Shown piece after piece: positions 9,381-19,987 of a stretch of DNA of 64,000 nt. How positions within the stretch are numbered: position 1 is the first letter of the stretch; every line of letters begins with the position of its first letter. The notes beneath the pieces were generated by a model. It did not search any database. It saw nothing but the letters and a program-made list of their open reading frames with translations, and was not told where the DNA came from. The position numbers and the translations under genes were made by a program. The stretch comes from a virus (lineage: Duplodnaviria; Caudoviricetes), in IMG/VR virus record IMGVR_UViG_3300001598_000034, positions 1-64,000 of that record. One strand, given 5' to 3'.

Positions 9381-12300
9381 TGGTTTCCTACATTTTTTAG
9401 TAGGAACTTTATTTGATTTAGATTTTTTCTTAGAGTGTTTCTTGGCCTTTACTTCAGTAATAGAATTTTCTTGTGGATAGGCTATATCTATTAATGGATC
9501 TACCATTGTCTGTACTGCAACTAGCAATTCTCTTTGGTCTTCTGTCAAGTCTTCATAGTGTTGTACTTGTTTATCAATATAATCCAGCAAGAACTTAATG
9601 GCTATTTTTTTATCTTGTAAACTTTCAAAACGTTCTTCAGACATTTTAATCAACCTCCAAACAGAAATGAAATTACTAGTAATAGTATAAAATATATTAA
9701 TGTATAGAAAGCTATGACTATTGCTGTGTCATAATAATAGTCAACATAATACCAAAGTGTACTATTAAATGTCATTAGAAAAATAGCATAAAGAAATAAT
9801 ATTAAGCTAACTGTACTTCCAACATATATTGGTATTAAAATAATGTCAGTTATCATTTTATATCAAATCCTTTACCTGAGATAATATCAATGGCTTTGTC
9901 TACAAATGATTTCTTGAAAGTATGCTTTGTTTTTGGTATACGAGAAAGCTCTTCTTCTTTAAAAGATATTACTGCTCTGTTTTTAAACATTACGTATATA
10001 CTATTTTGATCTGTGTCTATTACTATTCCTTCTGTGTCCTTATACGCCACGTTAGCTGCATATGGGTTTTTGACACATACGTAATCTCCTTTGTAAAATA
10101 AGTCAAAGTTCATTGATATTTCCTCCTTTACAAAATGTCTAAGTCTGCTCTTTTTGCTATAAAGTTTTTAAATGTGCACGTTACTTTACCATCAGAGAAT
10201 GATAGCAAATCGTCTGCATATTCTTTTTTAGAATGTTCTACTTTGAATTTATGATCTTTGTGCCATTTAACTAATTTTTCTTTACAAGCATTAATCATAT
10301 AATATTTACGCTCTGATACTTTCTTAAAGTCATCATTACTGATTACTGCTGTAAATGTATTGTATTTAAATACGTCTGTATTTGGATTTCTTGGATTAAA
10401 TACTACGTCAAATGTAATCCAATATGTTTGTTTATCTGGTAGCATAATTATTTCCTATATGCTTCTTCCTTTTCAGGTAAATAAAATTTATAGTCGCAAA
10501 TATCCCAAGAGCAGAATATCTTCTTATAAATTGTGTTGTTTAAAAGGAATTTAACAAACTTTCTAACTTTCTTATTTGCTAAACGTTTAGCCCACTTTGT
10601 ATGTGGGCCGTTGTCTGTGACCCAAGGTTCTTTATATGATCTACTCATGTTATGGACTCCTTGTATACACTGCAACTCTTCCATCCTTTGTACTTAATGC
10701 TACTTCTGAGGGGAAATCGTCTCCGCATTTAAATCCAATATAGTTTGAAATAAGTCTGTTTTCTTTATGCATTACTAAGCAATACTCAGCTTCACTTTCT
10801 GATGAAAACATTTTGCCACAAAATGGACAAGAATAATATATATGCTTTACAGGCTTCTCATCCATTTTATTCCTCGTTAAGCTTGTCTAAATCTGCGTTC
10901 ATTTTTTGCATATCTTCTTCAAAATTTTCCACAATTTTATCTATTTTTGCAGAAGGCAAGTCTCCTTCTTTAAGAAAATATTTCATTGTGGTTACTACTT
11001 CCTCAGGTGTTTTATCCTTAACAAGATTTTCTAGCATTTCTTTAACTGTAACTATAACAATTTCTTTTTTATCAACAAAGTATCTATAAAGCATTTCCAT
11101 AAGTTGCGCCATTGCCATATTTTCCTGTACAAAATTATATGCTTCCATTTGCTCTTTTGTTGGTACACCAATGATTTTATTAACATCATCAAGAAATTTC
11201 TCGTCTACTAAGTTGTTGTTGAATTCCATAATTATTTCTCCTTATCTTCTACTAATTTTAATTGGCTATAAGGTATTACCAATATCTTATCTCTCTGTTC
11301 ATCTTTTACTAGTACTGGTACGTCTTTAGAAAAGTCTTCACAGTGCATTCCTAATACTGTACCTGTAATATTAGGGCAATTGTTCAGGTATACTTTGTCC
11401 TTCAGTTTGATTTCCATTTATTTCTTCTACCTCTTGTTGTTCTTCTTCTTTCTTGTACAACTCATTAACTTTCCAAATGATCTTTTTAAGAATTGTAGAA
11501 ATTACACGAGGAGAAGCAGGAATAAATATTTGTCCAAGTACTTCTCCTTCATCTGTATAGATATATTCCATTTTAGTTTTGTCTTTGAGGGACGTGCTAA
11601 ATTCTGGTATCGATACATCTCCATTGTAATACTCAATTTCCATTTCTTGTCCATCTTCAAGCCACTTAAAGTATAACTCTGATGGGAACTTTACAATGAA
11701 ACTAGTATTACCTTCAGCATCTACGTCTACAGATGTTTTATGTTTAATTGTATTAAGGATAAAGTTGAGAGAATTTTTAGACACAAGTTCTATTACTTTG
11801 TTTGTGTCTTCACAAATTGGATGTGCTGCATTAAGTAGCACTAATTGTTTATACTTTACCACTCGCTATTTCCTTTCGTGAAATATACTTCTTCGAAGTC
11901 TTCTTTATTTAAGAAAGTATCTTGAACTCCTTTAAGTTTTTCATTCCATACAATAATGTTACCAGGTTGTAAAGGCATATTATCAAGAATCAATATGTCA
12001 TCTTCAGCATACAGTCCTTCTATGTCTTCAAGCCAACTAGGAAATTCATTTGGTGCATAGAATTGGTGTCCAGAAATATAGTCAGATATATTTTCAGGAA
12101 CTTCCCATGCTTCGAAAATAAAGTCTAAGTTGCGATACTTATTTGTTTGCATTATTATTATTCTCCTTAATATTATTATCCGCGGTATTATTATTTTCAG
12201 GTTGCTCTTCGCTAGAGAGTACTTTACCACTTATCATATCAGTTAATACGTTTACAGCAAGTTGCAATCCATTATTAAAATGAGCTTGTTCTATTGGATT

Positions 12301-12411
12301 TAGTCTAGATGCAACTGTGAGTATTTCTTTTCTAGCCATAACTAATGTTGCTAGATCTAGTGTAACGTTGTAGTTCATTTTTTTTTACCTTACTGTGGGA
12401 GAGAAGAAGAA

Positions 12412-12843
12412 CTAATTCTTCTTCTCTCGCTTTTTTGTTTTAGATATAATATTGTTAATTATACTTGATTTTAACTCTTGAGATACTTGTGCTTTAGCTT
12501 CTGTGTATGCTGAATATATTTTATTCAACTGTAAAGCAAAGAAGTCTATGATTAGTTCATCTCTAAACGGTGAACTTGTGTCCATTCCACTCTCAAACGC
12601 AAATGAGTGAACCAACTCATGGCTGAGAATGTTCATCTGTACGAACTCTAAATCATCCATCACATCAGGATCTTCTTTTGCATCGGCTAGTACATTAAGT
12701 ATTACTATTTTTTTACTAGAGAAATCACAATACCCTGATATGTCTGGATTTGCTTTAAGTCTTTTGTCTTCTTCACGTTTACACAATTTAATCTCGTAGT
12801 CAGTACCTAATACATTAACTTTCATACAAAGTCTCTCTTTCAT
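12412..12843 (-). CDS. HExxH (zincin-like) phage protein
   Basis: GYCD...I.I followed by L.HELVH.F..E.G motif. Confidence 0.6.
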   Translation of the reverse strand: MKERLCMKVNVLGTDYEIKLCKREEDKRLKANPDISGYCDFSSKKIVILNVLADAKEDPDVMDDLEFVQMNILSHELVHSFAFESGMDTSSPFRDELIIDFFALQLNKIYSAYTEAKAQVSQELKSSIINNIISKTKKREKKN

Positions 12844-12894
12844 TTTTATTTGTAGTAGATCATCCTTTGTACGATATATAATATACCTAGTATA

Positions 12895-13266
12895 TTATTG
12901 TTTCTGTTGATAAGAAAGCAATAATTTTTCTGTAATTTGAGCAGCACGTTTGAGTTTAAAATCTTCTAATAAGACATGCGCTTTACGCCACTCTTCGTAT
13001 TCTTGCTCGTTCGCTGTACCTATTTCTGTAAGTACAGCATATCCATGTGGTTCACCACCTATACGAATATAACACAATCCACCATCTACGAAACAGCGTT
13101 TGCATGCACATTCAACAAAATCATGTTGATGTTTAGATTCTATTACATCTCCACAATATTTACAACGTAGTGCATTACGTTTTATGAATTGGTATTTTCC
13201 TTTACCTACTTTTGTAGGTATTGCATTTAGAGGAATGGTACCTCTGTAGTCTTTTGGTGTATACAT
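12895..13266 (-). CDS. Cys-rich putative zinc-binding phage protein
   Basis: CKYCGDVIES..HDFVECAC..CFVDGG. Confidence 0.6.
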   Translation of the reverse strand: MYTPKDYRGTIPLNAIPTKVGKGKYQFIKRNALRCKYCGDVIESKHQHDFVECACKRCFVDGGLCYIRIGGEPHGYAVLTEIGTANEQEYEEWRKAHVLLEDFKLKRAAQITEKLLLSYQQKQ

Positions 13267-13642
13267 GTATTTTCCTCCTCCTTATTTTTATTTTTACGAA
13301 GTGGAATTTTACGTGATTGCATTGGATGATCATATTCATAGTAAAGATAGTTATTCCCTTTACCAATCATAGATTCCATAAACTTATTAAATACTTCTTC
13401 GTCATATGTAATAATGAGGTCATTAATAGGTTCTAATATATCAGATCTTTTTTCATTTAATGCTGAAGATTTGTACATTAGGTGTACTTTACAATGTTCT
13501 AGTGAAGTTAGAGTAAGATCACCAAGAATGTCTTTATAAAGAATCCATTTTGGGGGTTTAACTGATATAAACTTTGAAAGAGGCGAAGAGGGAAATGCTT
13601 TATCCCTCTTCGATTTCAATGAATCCAGAAAATATGACATTC

Positions 13643-14677
13643 TTAGATCCTCCCAGGTTTCTTGCTACTACGTTTAGCAGCAATTTTTGATACAGGAGTA
13701 CTGCTGTTTGTTTTACTATTAGCTGTAAATGTAATTCCGTTAGCAGCTACATATTTCCAGAGACTTTCAAAGTTGGAAATACCTCCAGCCATAAATCCTT
13801 GAATTGGATTAATATCCAAGGATTTAAAGTAGTTACTAGCAGCTTTCTTAGTACAAATATCTTTCGGTTTTGCGCTTAAAACAGCTTTGATTGCAGATCT
13901 ATCACGATACTGCATATCACGAATAGTGATATAATTGTAATAGTCTGCTTTTGCCATTTCCAACATGGAAGCATCAATTAAAAGATCTTTACCCATTAAT
14001 TCATTTATTACAAATGCAAACATTTCTGTTAATGTAGACAGTCCAACTTTACAGTATTCTATTCCTGGTGAGGTTCTCTTTGCTGAATAACTAAAAGAAC
14101 TATCAGAGTAAGAAGTGCAATCAAATACTTTGGTAACGCCTGGAGTATCAAATAAAGAGATAATTTTATCCATAGGTACCACATTTCCTTTACCGTCCTT
14201 TACTCTTCTCCATTTAGCATCATGTAATACTACTATTACACCTCCAGTTATATTATACTGATCCATCAAATTTGATGTTACCTCATTGAATTTGTTTGCC
14301 TTGGCTTTTGTTTCAGACCAAGTAGAACCTACATGAAAAGCGCCATTAAATAGTACTAAATAGCTTTTTCCGTCCTTTCCAATAAAGTATATGTCTGATG
14401 TACCATTGGACAATGTGATATCTGTAAGACCGATATCTTTAGGATTAACATTACACCAATAAAGATCTTTAATTTTCTTTCTTCCTACTATCATCAGATA
14501 GTTAAAGGCATTCTCTACTGGGGAATCTAAATACCGTCCATCTGACTTATTTACTTCTCTAGTGCGGAAAGTGTAGCATTTTGTAGCAATCTTATTTGCA
14601 TGATTTTCAATATCTTTGAAAATCTTTACCAAATTAAAATCAATAATAACATTAGTATTTTTAGTGTTTTTACGCAT
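13643..14677 (-). CDS. Hypothetical protein, possibly a degenerate PD-(D/E)xK-like nuclease or DNA-binding protein
   Basis: 344 aa, basic; DS.VE...F / D.Y / NG.FH pattern is only weakly suggestive. Confidence 0.35.
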   Translation of the reverse strand: MRKNTKNTNVIIDFNLVKIFKDIENHANKIATKCYTFRTREVNKSDGRYLDSPVENAFNYLMIVGRKKIKDLYWCNVNPKDIGLTDITLSNGTSDIYFIGKDGKSYLVLFNGAFHVGSTWSETKAKANKFNEVTSNLMDQYNITGGVIVVLHDAKWRRVKDGKGNVVPMDKIISLFDTPGVTKVFDCTSYSDSSFSYSAKRTSPGIEYCKVGLSTLTEMFAFVINELMGKDLLIDASMLEMAKADYYNYITIRDMQYRDRSAIKAVLSAKPKDICTKKAASNYFKSLDINPIQGFMAGGISNFESLWKYVAANGITFTANSKTNSSTPVSKIAAKRSSKKPGRI

Positions 14678-14709
14678 AGTAGTTTAATTCCTTTCTAAAT
14701 TAAATATTT

Positions 14710-14913
14710 TTAAAACAGCGTCCATAATAAATCAGGGATGCACAGTATTACAACGCTTATAAGATAAGCGCATATGTTAAGGAACATAATGGAAAGAACT
14801 ATCTCCGTATAAATATACAAAGGATCAATGTAGTCTCTCCGATAAATTTTGTACAAATTGTGCCCGATAGTTATGTTTGCAGTGACTAACAATACGAGCA
14901 TAAAAATAGACAT
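14710..14913 (-). CDS. Small membrane protein
   Basis: Two hydrophobic segments; GAGGTG RBS. Confidence 0.5.
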   Translation of the reverse strand: MSIFMLVLLVTANITIGHNLYKIYRRDYIDPLYIYTEIVLSIMFLNICAYLISVVILCIPDLLWTLF

Positions 14914-14948
14914 TTTTCACCTCAAAATTCAAAAATAAAAATGGGATA

Positions 14949-15587
14949 TATATTATACCTGAATTTCAGAAAAAAAAAATTCAGTTTTTAGCCTGGATTT
15001 TCCTAGCTAAAAGTGTAACGCATTTTAAGGGGGGTATGCGAAAGTGTAACAAAAGTGTAACAGTTTGACTTCCGTTTTTATACTGATATTTACTGTATAT
15101 ATCTTACAGTGACTTCAAAAACCACGTAGGAATCGAGGTGTAACAGGGTTGGTGGAACTTATACCCAGTATTTATTAGGATATTTAGATCACTTAGATAT
15201 ATTTGTTACGCTGTTACACCATTTTTTTAGAAATAGGTATATATATTTTTGCAATTTTGGTATCTACGTTTGCAAAAAAGTGCAAAATATACGAGTACCT
15301 ATATTTATATTTTTGGTGTAACAGCGTAACAAATATATATTAATATAAGAAATGGCTAGTAAAATACTAATCAAAAACTTCACATACCCTGTTACACCTC
15401 GATTTCTACTAGATTTCTAAGACACCTGACGGATTCGTATAGAAAAACACTGGGTATTTCTTCCACCCAAAGTGTTACACTTTTGTTACACTTTCGGCTA
15501 CCCCCCTTAAAAAGCGTTACGCTTTTAGTAGGGATTTTCCTAGCTAAAAACTGAAAAAATTTTTTTTCAAAAAACAGGTATAATATT
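14949..15587. repeat. Large imperfect palindrome with iterated GTGTAAC/GTTACAC motifs (candidate origin or packaging/terminus site)
   Basis: Mirror arms, e.g. TTTGTTACGCTGTTACACCA / TGGTGTAACAGCGTAACAAA, AAGGGGGGTA / TACCCCCCTT, TCGAGGTGTAACAGGGT / ACCCTGTTACACCTCGA; non-coding. Confidence 0.85.
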
Positions 15588-15772
15588 AAGGTTAAGCACT
15601 TTGTGATTTTTTGTCCAAAAAATACCCATTTTTTCACTTTTTCAAAAAAGCACAAAAATATATATAAATTAATATAAATTTTATCCTTTTAAACAAAAAT
15701 ATTTTTATATTATTTTATATATTTTTGTGCTTAAAATTTTATTTCAGGTATAATATTAAGGTTATGTATCTA

Positions 15773-16171
15773 TTAGAAAGTGATAGCTACCTTTTTTAAT
15801 ACAACCTTATCAGTTTTCTTTGCCAAAGCATCATTGCGTGTATCAAACAACACAACTTTACCAGTTGCCTTATTCATCAATGCCCACTTAGATAAAGGAC
15901 TTGTAAGAGACACAACTTTAGTAGCTTTCTTCATAGTAGTTTTCTTTACAGCAGTTTTCTTTTCCATTTTCTTTTTACCTTTCTTTACATCATTATTAAT
16001 AATAGACTCAATTACGCTTGCAACGTCAATACCGATTTCTTTTTTAGAAATTTTACTTTTATTCATTTTATTTTCTCCTTTATAAAAATCTTCATAACAC
16101 GGGAGCTTTCCACCAGCACACAAAGCAGATATGATAGCCAATCGTTGTTTTCTAGTTAACTTTGGTGTCAT
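15773..16171 (-). CDS. Small basic Lys-rich protein
   Basis: KKT..KKT..KK repeats; the true start may be internal. Confidence 0.5.
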   Translation of the reverse strand: MTPKLTRKQRLAIISALCAGGKLPCYEDFYKGENKMNKSKISKKEIGIDVASVIESIINNDVKKGKKKMEKKTAVKKTTMKKATKVVSLTSPLSKWALMNKATGKVVLFDTRNDALAKKTDKVVLKKVAITF

Positions 16172-16586
16172 TGTTTTTATACTCCTTTTCTATAGAGATA
16201 TATCTCTCCTTCTCTTCCCTAATTTGTGTATTGACATAAGACAACTCATTATTAAGCATAGTCATCCTATCAATACACTCAGCCAAACATTTAGAAATGA
16301 ATTTACGCTTTGCTTTGTAAATCATCATATCCAATTTACTTCTAGCAACACGCAATCCAATTTCAGGATTCCAAGTGTCCCCATTAGCGCAGTGAGTAAC
16401 TGCTACAAATGGAGGTACAGTATAGCATTTGTTCTTACGATTTTTAAGCATCTTATCGAACATGTCAAAATACCAATCGTCCCAAATTTTACCAGCCTCG
16501 TGCTCTACATCTTCAAACTCCAGTACAGCAACAGTAGTTCGTTTATCCTCATTTTGCCGGAATTTAATCTTTTGGAAGTTCTTCAT
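16152..16586 (-). CDS. Conserved-type phage hypothetical protein
   Basis: A..HC..GD.WN.EIG..VA motif seen in many phage proteins. Confidence 0.55.
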   Translation of the reverse strand: MKNFQKIKFRQNEDKRTTVAVLEFEDVEHEAGKIWDDWYFDMFDKMLKNRKNKCYTVPPFVAVTHCANGDTWNPEIGLRVARSKLDMMIYKAKRKFISKCLAECIDRMTMLNNELSYVNTQIREEKERYISIEKEYKNNDTKVN

Positions 16587-16786
16587 AGTATTCTAGTACT
16601 CCTTTCTTATTTACTTATAAATACTACCATTATACATTCCTACAGTATAATTAGAGGTAGAGTTTTCAGTGATAGCTGTAATGTAATGTCCTTCGTAGTT
16701 AACAGCATAAACTCCACCAAAAGTAATATTGCTATTCATTGCAATATTCTGCAGAATGTTTTTACCATTAGTAAAGGGTGTAATCA

Positions 16787-17332
16787 TTAGTCTTCCTCCA
16801 ACTTTTTATAATTAACAATTCTCTTGAGTGTAGGACTCCACACATGGCAGTACCCGTCAGCGGTATGGAAATTTCCATTGGTAACCGTCACCAATACTTC
16901 GTTACATCCATTACACCCGTCAGGATCACAGCGAAATCCGTCAGGATCACAGCGCAATGTATGATGATCACAGCGAGTAACGTCATCACCAAAGTTATGC
17001 GTAGCTACATCATTGGGATCGAAGTCATCGTCATCGTCATCGAAGTCATCGTCATCGTCATCGAAGTCCTCGTCATCTTCATCTTCATCTTCCTCATCAT
17101 AGTCTTCGTCATATTCATCTTTGCATCCAGCTTTATATCCATCATCCCAGCCAACATCATATCCATATTTGCGTCCATCTTCATATCCTTTTTCATATCC
17201 ATTATTATAACATATACTATACAGTCCAATTCCATCTATGAGTTCTTGGTCTGTGGATTTTGTAACAGACCCACTTTTTACCATTTTAAACTTTCCCTTT
17301 TCATCTTTAATAGCTTTCCAATTTTCTCGCAT
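16787..17332 (-). CDS. Acidic low-complexity protein
   Basis: GY..G repeats, DFDDDDD tandem repeats, RCDPDG repeats. Confidence 0.6.
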   Translation of the reverse strand: MRENWKAIKDEKGKFKMVKSGSVTKSTDQELIDGIGLYSICYNNGYEKGYEDGRKYGYDVGWDDGYKAGCKDEYDEDYDEEDEDEDDEDFDDDDDDFDDDDDDFDPNDVATHNFGDDVTRCDHHTLRCDPDGFRCDPDGCNGCNEVLVTVTNGNFHTADGYCHVWSPTLKRIVNYKKLEED

Positions 17333-17350
17333 TTTTCAATTCCTTTCTGA

Positions 17351-17689
17351 TTACATTAATTCTTTAACTTTATTATATGACTCATTGAAGTCACCACTGA
17401 ATTTAACTGCTCTATCATCAACATATGCGACAGATGCAATTTTATAGCCAGTTATTCCATCATATGGAACGTCATACTTTTTACACCACTCCTCAATAGC
17501 AACTTTACCTAAAGGAGACAACGCTCTACTAGAGTGGATAAAAACCTGTAGATCTTCACTATGAAGTTTCTCAATGAACTCTTTCACCCCATCCATAGGC
17601 ACACCATCAATTACTCCAGGATTAAAAGGTTCTTTTCTTACATATGTAGCAATAACACCATCAAAATCAACACAAACTCTTCTTGCCAT
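17351..17689 (-). CDS. HAD-superfamily phosphatase-like protein
   Basis: DFDGV motif I, HSSR motif II, K...YVDDRA motifs III/IV. Confidence 0.8.
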   Translation of the reverse strand: MARRVCVDFDGVIATYVRKEPFNPGVIDGVPMDGVKEFIEKLHSEDLQVFIHSSRALSPLGKVAIEEWCKKYDVPYDGITGYKIASVAYVDDRAVKFSGDFNESYNKVKELM

Positions 17690-17692
17690 TTA

Positions 17693-18324
17693 CTATTCCT
17701 TTTCTGACTTATTGTCAAAATCTCTAAGCCGTTTATCAATATAAGGTAAATCTAAAAATATTTGCAATGTGGCAACGTCTTTCCTTGTTAACAACTTATG
17801 ATAACAAAGCATATATCGCGCCAAACGTTTAGACACAGAGTATCTACCTGTTTTATTAGAACGTTCAATTCCTAATAATTTAAAACGCTCCACAAGATCC
17901 TTAGGAAGTAAAAATGTGTATTCACATAACTCTATTTCACTAGGATACTGGATATTATCATACAACGAAAAATTATCCAAACACACTATCTCCTTTCACT
18001 TAAATATTTAGCATCCCTAGGTAAATTATCAAACAGTGTAGTTACAACTGTTATATGCTCACGTATATCCAATGAAGCTATATATTCATGACAATCTTTA
18101 TTCCAGAATTCTCGTTTCTCAATCTTCATATTAGGATTGTAAGGCGGATAGCATGCCATAAACATGGATGGTGGCAACATAATAGAGAAAAACTTCCCTC
18201 TGTTTTCCTCTGCATCTTCAACTTTTATATCAATAACTCCACCTACAGACGGAACATATTTACACAATTCGTACAATACCTTTGTTAATTCAGGTCTCAA
18301 AGGCTTTTTATTTCTTATTACCAT
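17693..18324 (-). other. Two hypothetical ORFs (17693-17986 and 17986-18324)
   Basis: Translationally coupled ORFs on the coding strand. Confidence 0.55.
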
Positions 18325-18667
18325 TTCCGTACAAATCCTTCAATATCATAAAAGGTTTAGTAGTAAGTTCAACAACAGCTCTCTTCTTATGCTCCTTCTT
18401 TACAGAGGTAGATTGTTTTGTGTCATTATTTACGTCCTTAGCGGAAGTAATTGGTTCCAATTTAGTCATTAGTTGCTTCCTCCTTTTCCTTAGTATTATT
18501 TACTACATTTTGATCTTCATCAGTACTAGTCTTTGTCAACTTCATCATTTGAGGTTTCTTAGAAGTAATATACTTCCACACATTTAACATTGTACCATGC
18601 CACCTTTTAAATTTAACTGTTTGCATAATTAAAATCTCCTTTTTATAAAATTGTAATATTCAAATAC

Positions 18668-18862
18668 ATAGCGATTGTAACAACTCTAGTAACAGAAAGT
18701 ATCCAGTCATCAATCCTGGTACAATGCATCAGAAGAGAGTCGCTACTGACGGCGTATACGCAGTTACGCCGTCGCGGAGACTCTCTTCTGATAAAATAAA
18801 AGGTAAAAGAAATCTTTTACATTAATTTAATAAATTCTTACTAGAGTTGTTACAATCGCTAT
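18668..18862 (-). ncRNA. Retron msr-msd-like ncRNA A
   Basis: 25-bp terminal IR (18668-18692 / 18838-18862); unpaired G next to each arm; GUAAAAG-AUUU-CUUUUAC hairpin; U tract; long GC-rich hairpin. Confidence 0.65.
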
Positions 18863-18866
18863 ATTT

Positions 18867-19005
18867 AATATTAGTAACATAAAATTTTATAACTTATGAA
18901 GACTAAGTTCGTTAGCTGTCAGTAGACACGTTAACGAGCGGTGTCTTCATTACTCAGTAAAGTAAAAGAAGTCTTTTACATCTATAATAGAATCTTACTA
19001 ATATT
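18867..19005 (-). ncRNA. Retron msr-msd-like ncRNA B
   Basis: 11-bp terminal IR; G opposite G; GUAAAAG-ACUU-CUUUUAC hairpin; long hairpin. Confidence 0.6.
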
Positions 19006-19069
19006 TTTTTTACTAAAAAGTGCAAATAAACAGGAGAGATGTTTACTTAGTAAATATCTCTCTCTCATA

Positions 19070-19080
19070 TACTTATACCA
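19070..19080 (-). promoter_or_regulatory. Putative promoter TGGTATAAGTA (second promoter class)
   Basis: Identical 11-mer at 38076-38086 and 38188-38198, each upstream of the ncRNA elements. Confidence 0.55.
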
Positions 19081-19119
19081 AATTTTGAGATATATTATCG
19101 AGAACTTTGTTAACAAACA

Positions 19120-19354
19120 TACCCATGGAAGTAACACAGAGCAAACACGACCGGATTGTAATACTATCGTGTATGTTGCATGTGCGCGTTCGCGGTGCGG
19201 AGTGTGTGAGCGAAGAGAAACGCACCCGCCTGCGAAGCGCTATTGCAACATACACGATAGCAGAAAAATAAAAGTTAAGGAAATCCTCAACACATGGGAA
19301 TATTATTAGTTAAATATCACGCTAATTCTTTGCTCTGTGTTACTTCCATGGGTA
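19120..19354 (-). ncRNA. Retron msr-msd-like ncRNA C
   Basis: 26-bp terminal IR; G opposite G; GUUGAGG-AUUU-CCUUAAC hairpin (the G-U pair favours the minus strand); U tract; long hairpin. Confidence 0.65.
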
Positions 19355-19377
19355 AAGTGTAGAAACAAAATACTCTT

Positions 19378-19638
19378 TTATTTCTCGTAGATTAATATAT
19401 TAGAAGCATGCGTAACGTATTTTCTTCCATTCACAATTACCTCTATGCATTCAGATGCACCAATAAATCTCCAAGCATCAACTGGAGAGTCTACAAATGT
19501 TACACCATTAGCTAACTTAATACGTGCATAAAGAGGTCTATTACTACCCCACGCGTATACAGGTGAAATATACATCATATGACATACTAATGCCAGTACG
19601 CATACACACCAGATCAAAAATTTATTTTTCAGTTTCAT
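19378..19638 (-). CDS. Small exported or membrane protein
   Basis: N-terminal signal-like hydrophobic segment ending in VYA. Confidence 0.55.
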   Translation of the reverse strand: MKLKNKFLIWCVCVLALVCHMMYISPVYAWGSNRPLYARIKLANGVTFVDSPVDAWRFIGASECIEVIVNGRKYVTHASNILIYEK

Positions 19639-19665
19639 ATTTACTATTACCTCATGTTTATTTTA

Positions 19666-19908
19666 TTATTTCTTTTTATTATAAATTGGTATAGTTACTA
19701 TATGCAGCATAGTAATATTTTTAAATCTATCCTTGTCAATATAATCAAGAGCTTCCTTTTCATCCAAAAAAACACATTTAGGAATATTAGTAGCACCTTC
19801 AATTGCAAGGTAGCATACCTCACATTCATTTTCATGCTCTTCACAAATTTGTTTATTATCAAAAAGTTTACCACATTTTTCACATGTGTAAGTTGTTTTT
19901 TCTTTCAT
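19666..19908 (-). CDS. Small zinc-finger protein
   Basis: YTCEKCGKLF...C..HE..C. Confidence 0.6.
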   Translation of the reverse strand: MKEKTTYTCEKCGKLFDNKQICEEHENECEVCYLAIEGATNIPKCVFLDEKEALDYIDKDRFKNITMLHIVTIPIYNKKK

Positions 19909-19987
19909 GTTTTAACCTCCAGTTAAAAATATCTTTACGGTGTCAAAATGGTGATCAAACGATGCCAAAAATTATTTAAGTTCCTCA

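Larger units (their letters stand above)
9363..13640 (-). other. Run of about 14 small co-oriented hypothetical phage ORFs (9363-9653, 9650-9856, 9853-10113, 10128-10445, 10448-10648, 10650-10865, 10867-11229, 11232-11417, 11371-11862, 11856-~12152, 12139-12378, 12412-12843, 12895-13266, 13227-13640)
   Basis: Abutting or overlapping stops and starts with RBSs; typical early/accessory region. Confidence 0.7.

Noticed and set aside
10128-10445. YADDLLSFS resembles the RT catalytic YADD motif
   Set aside because: Only 105 aa, with none of the other RT motifs, and the flanking ORFs do not supply them; probably chance. An HMM search would settle it.
14949-15587. CRISPR array
   Set aside because: The repeats are short, inverted and irregularly spaced; there is no repeat-spacer periodicity and no cas gene
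18941-19309. ORFs overlapping the ncRNA clusters (18941-19309, 19073-19255, 37739-37927, 28469-28822, 27598-27804, 15392-15655)
   Set aside because: They overlap structured RNA, tRNA or palindrome sequence, lack convincing RBSs and have atypical composition
18668-19354. 6S RNA interpretation of the rod-like elements
   Set aside because: Not excluded, but the asymmetric interior with a conserved ANUU hairpin and G opposite G in all five copies fits a retron-like layout better
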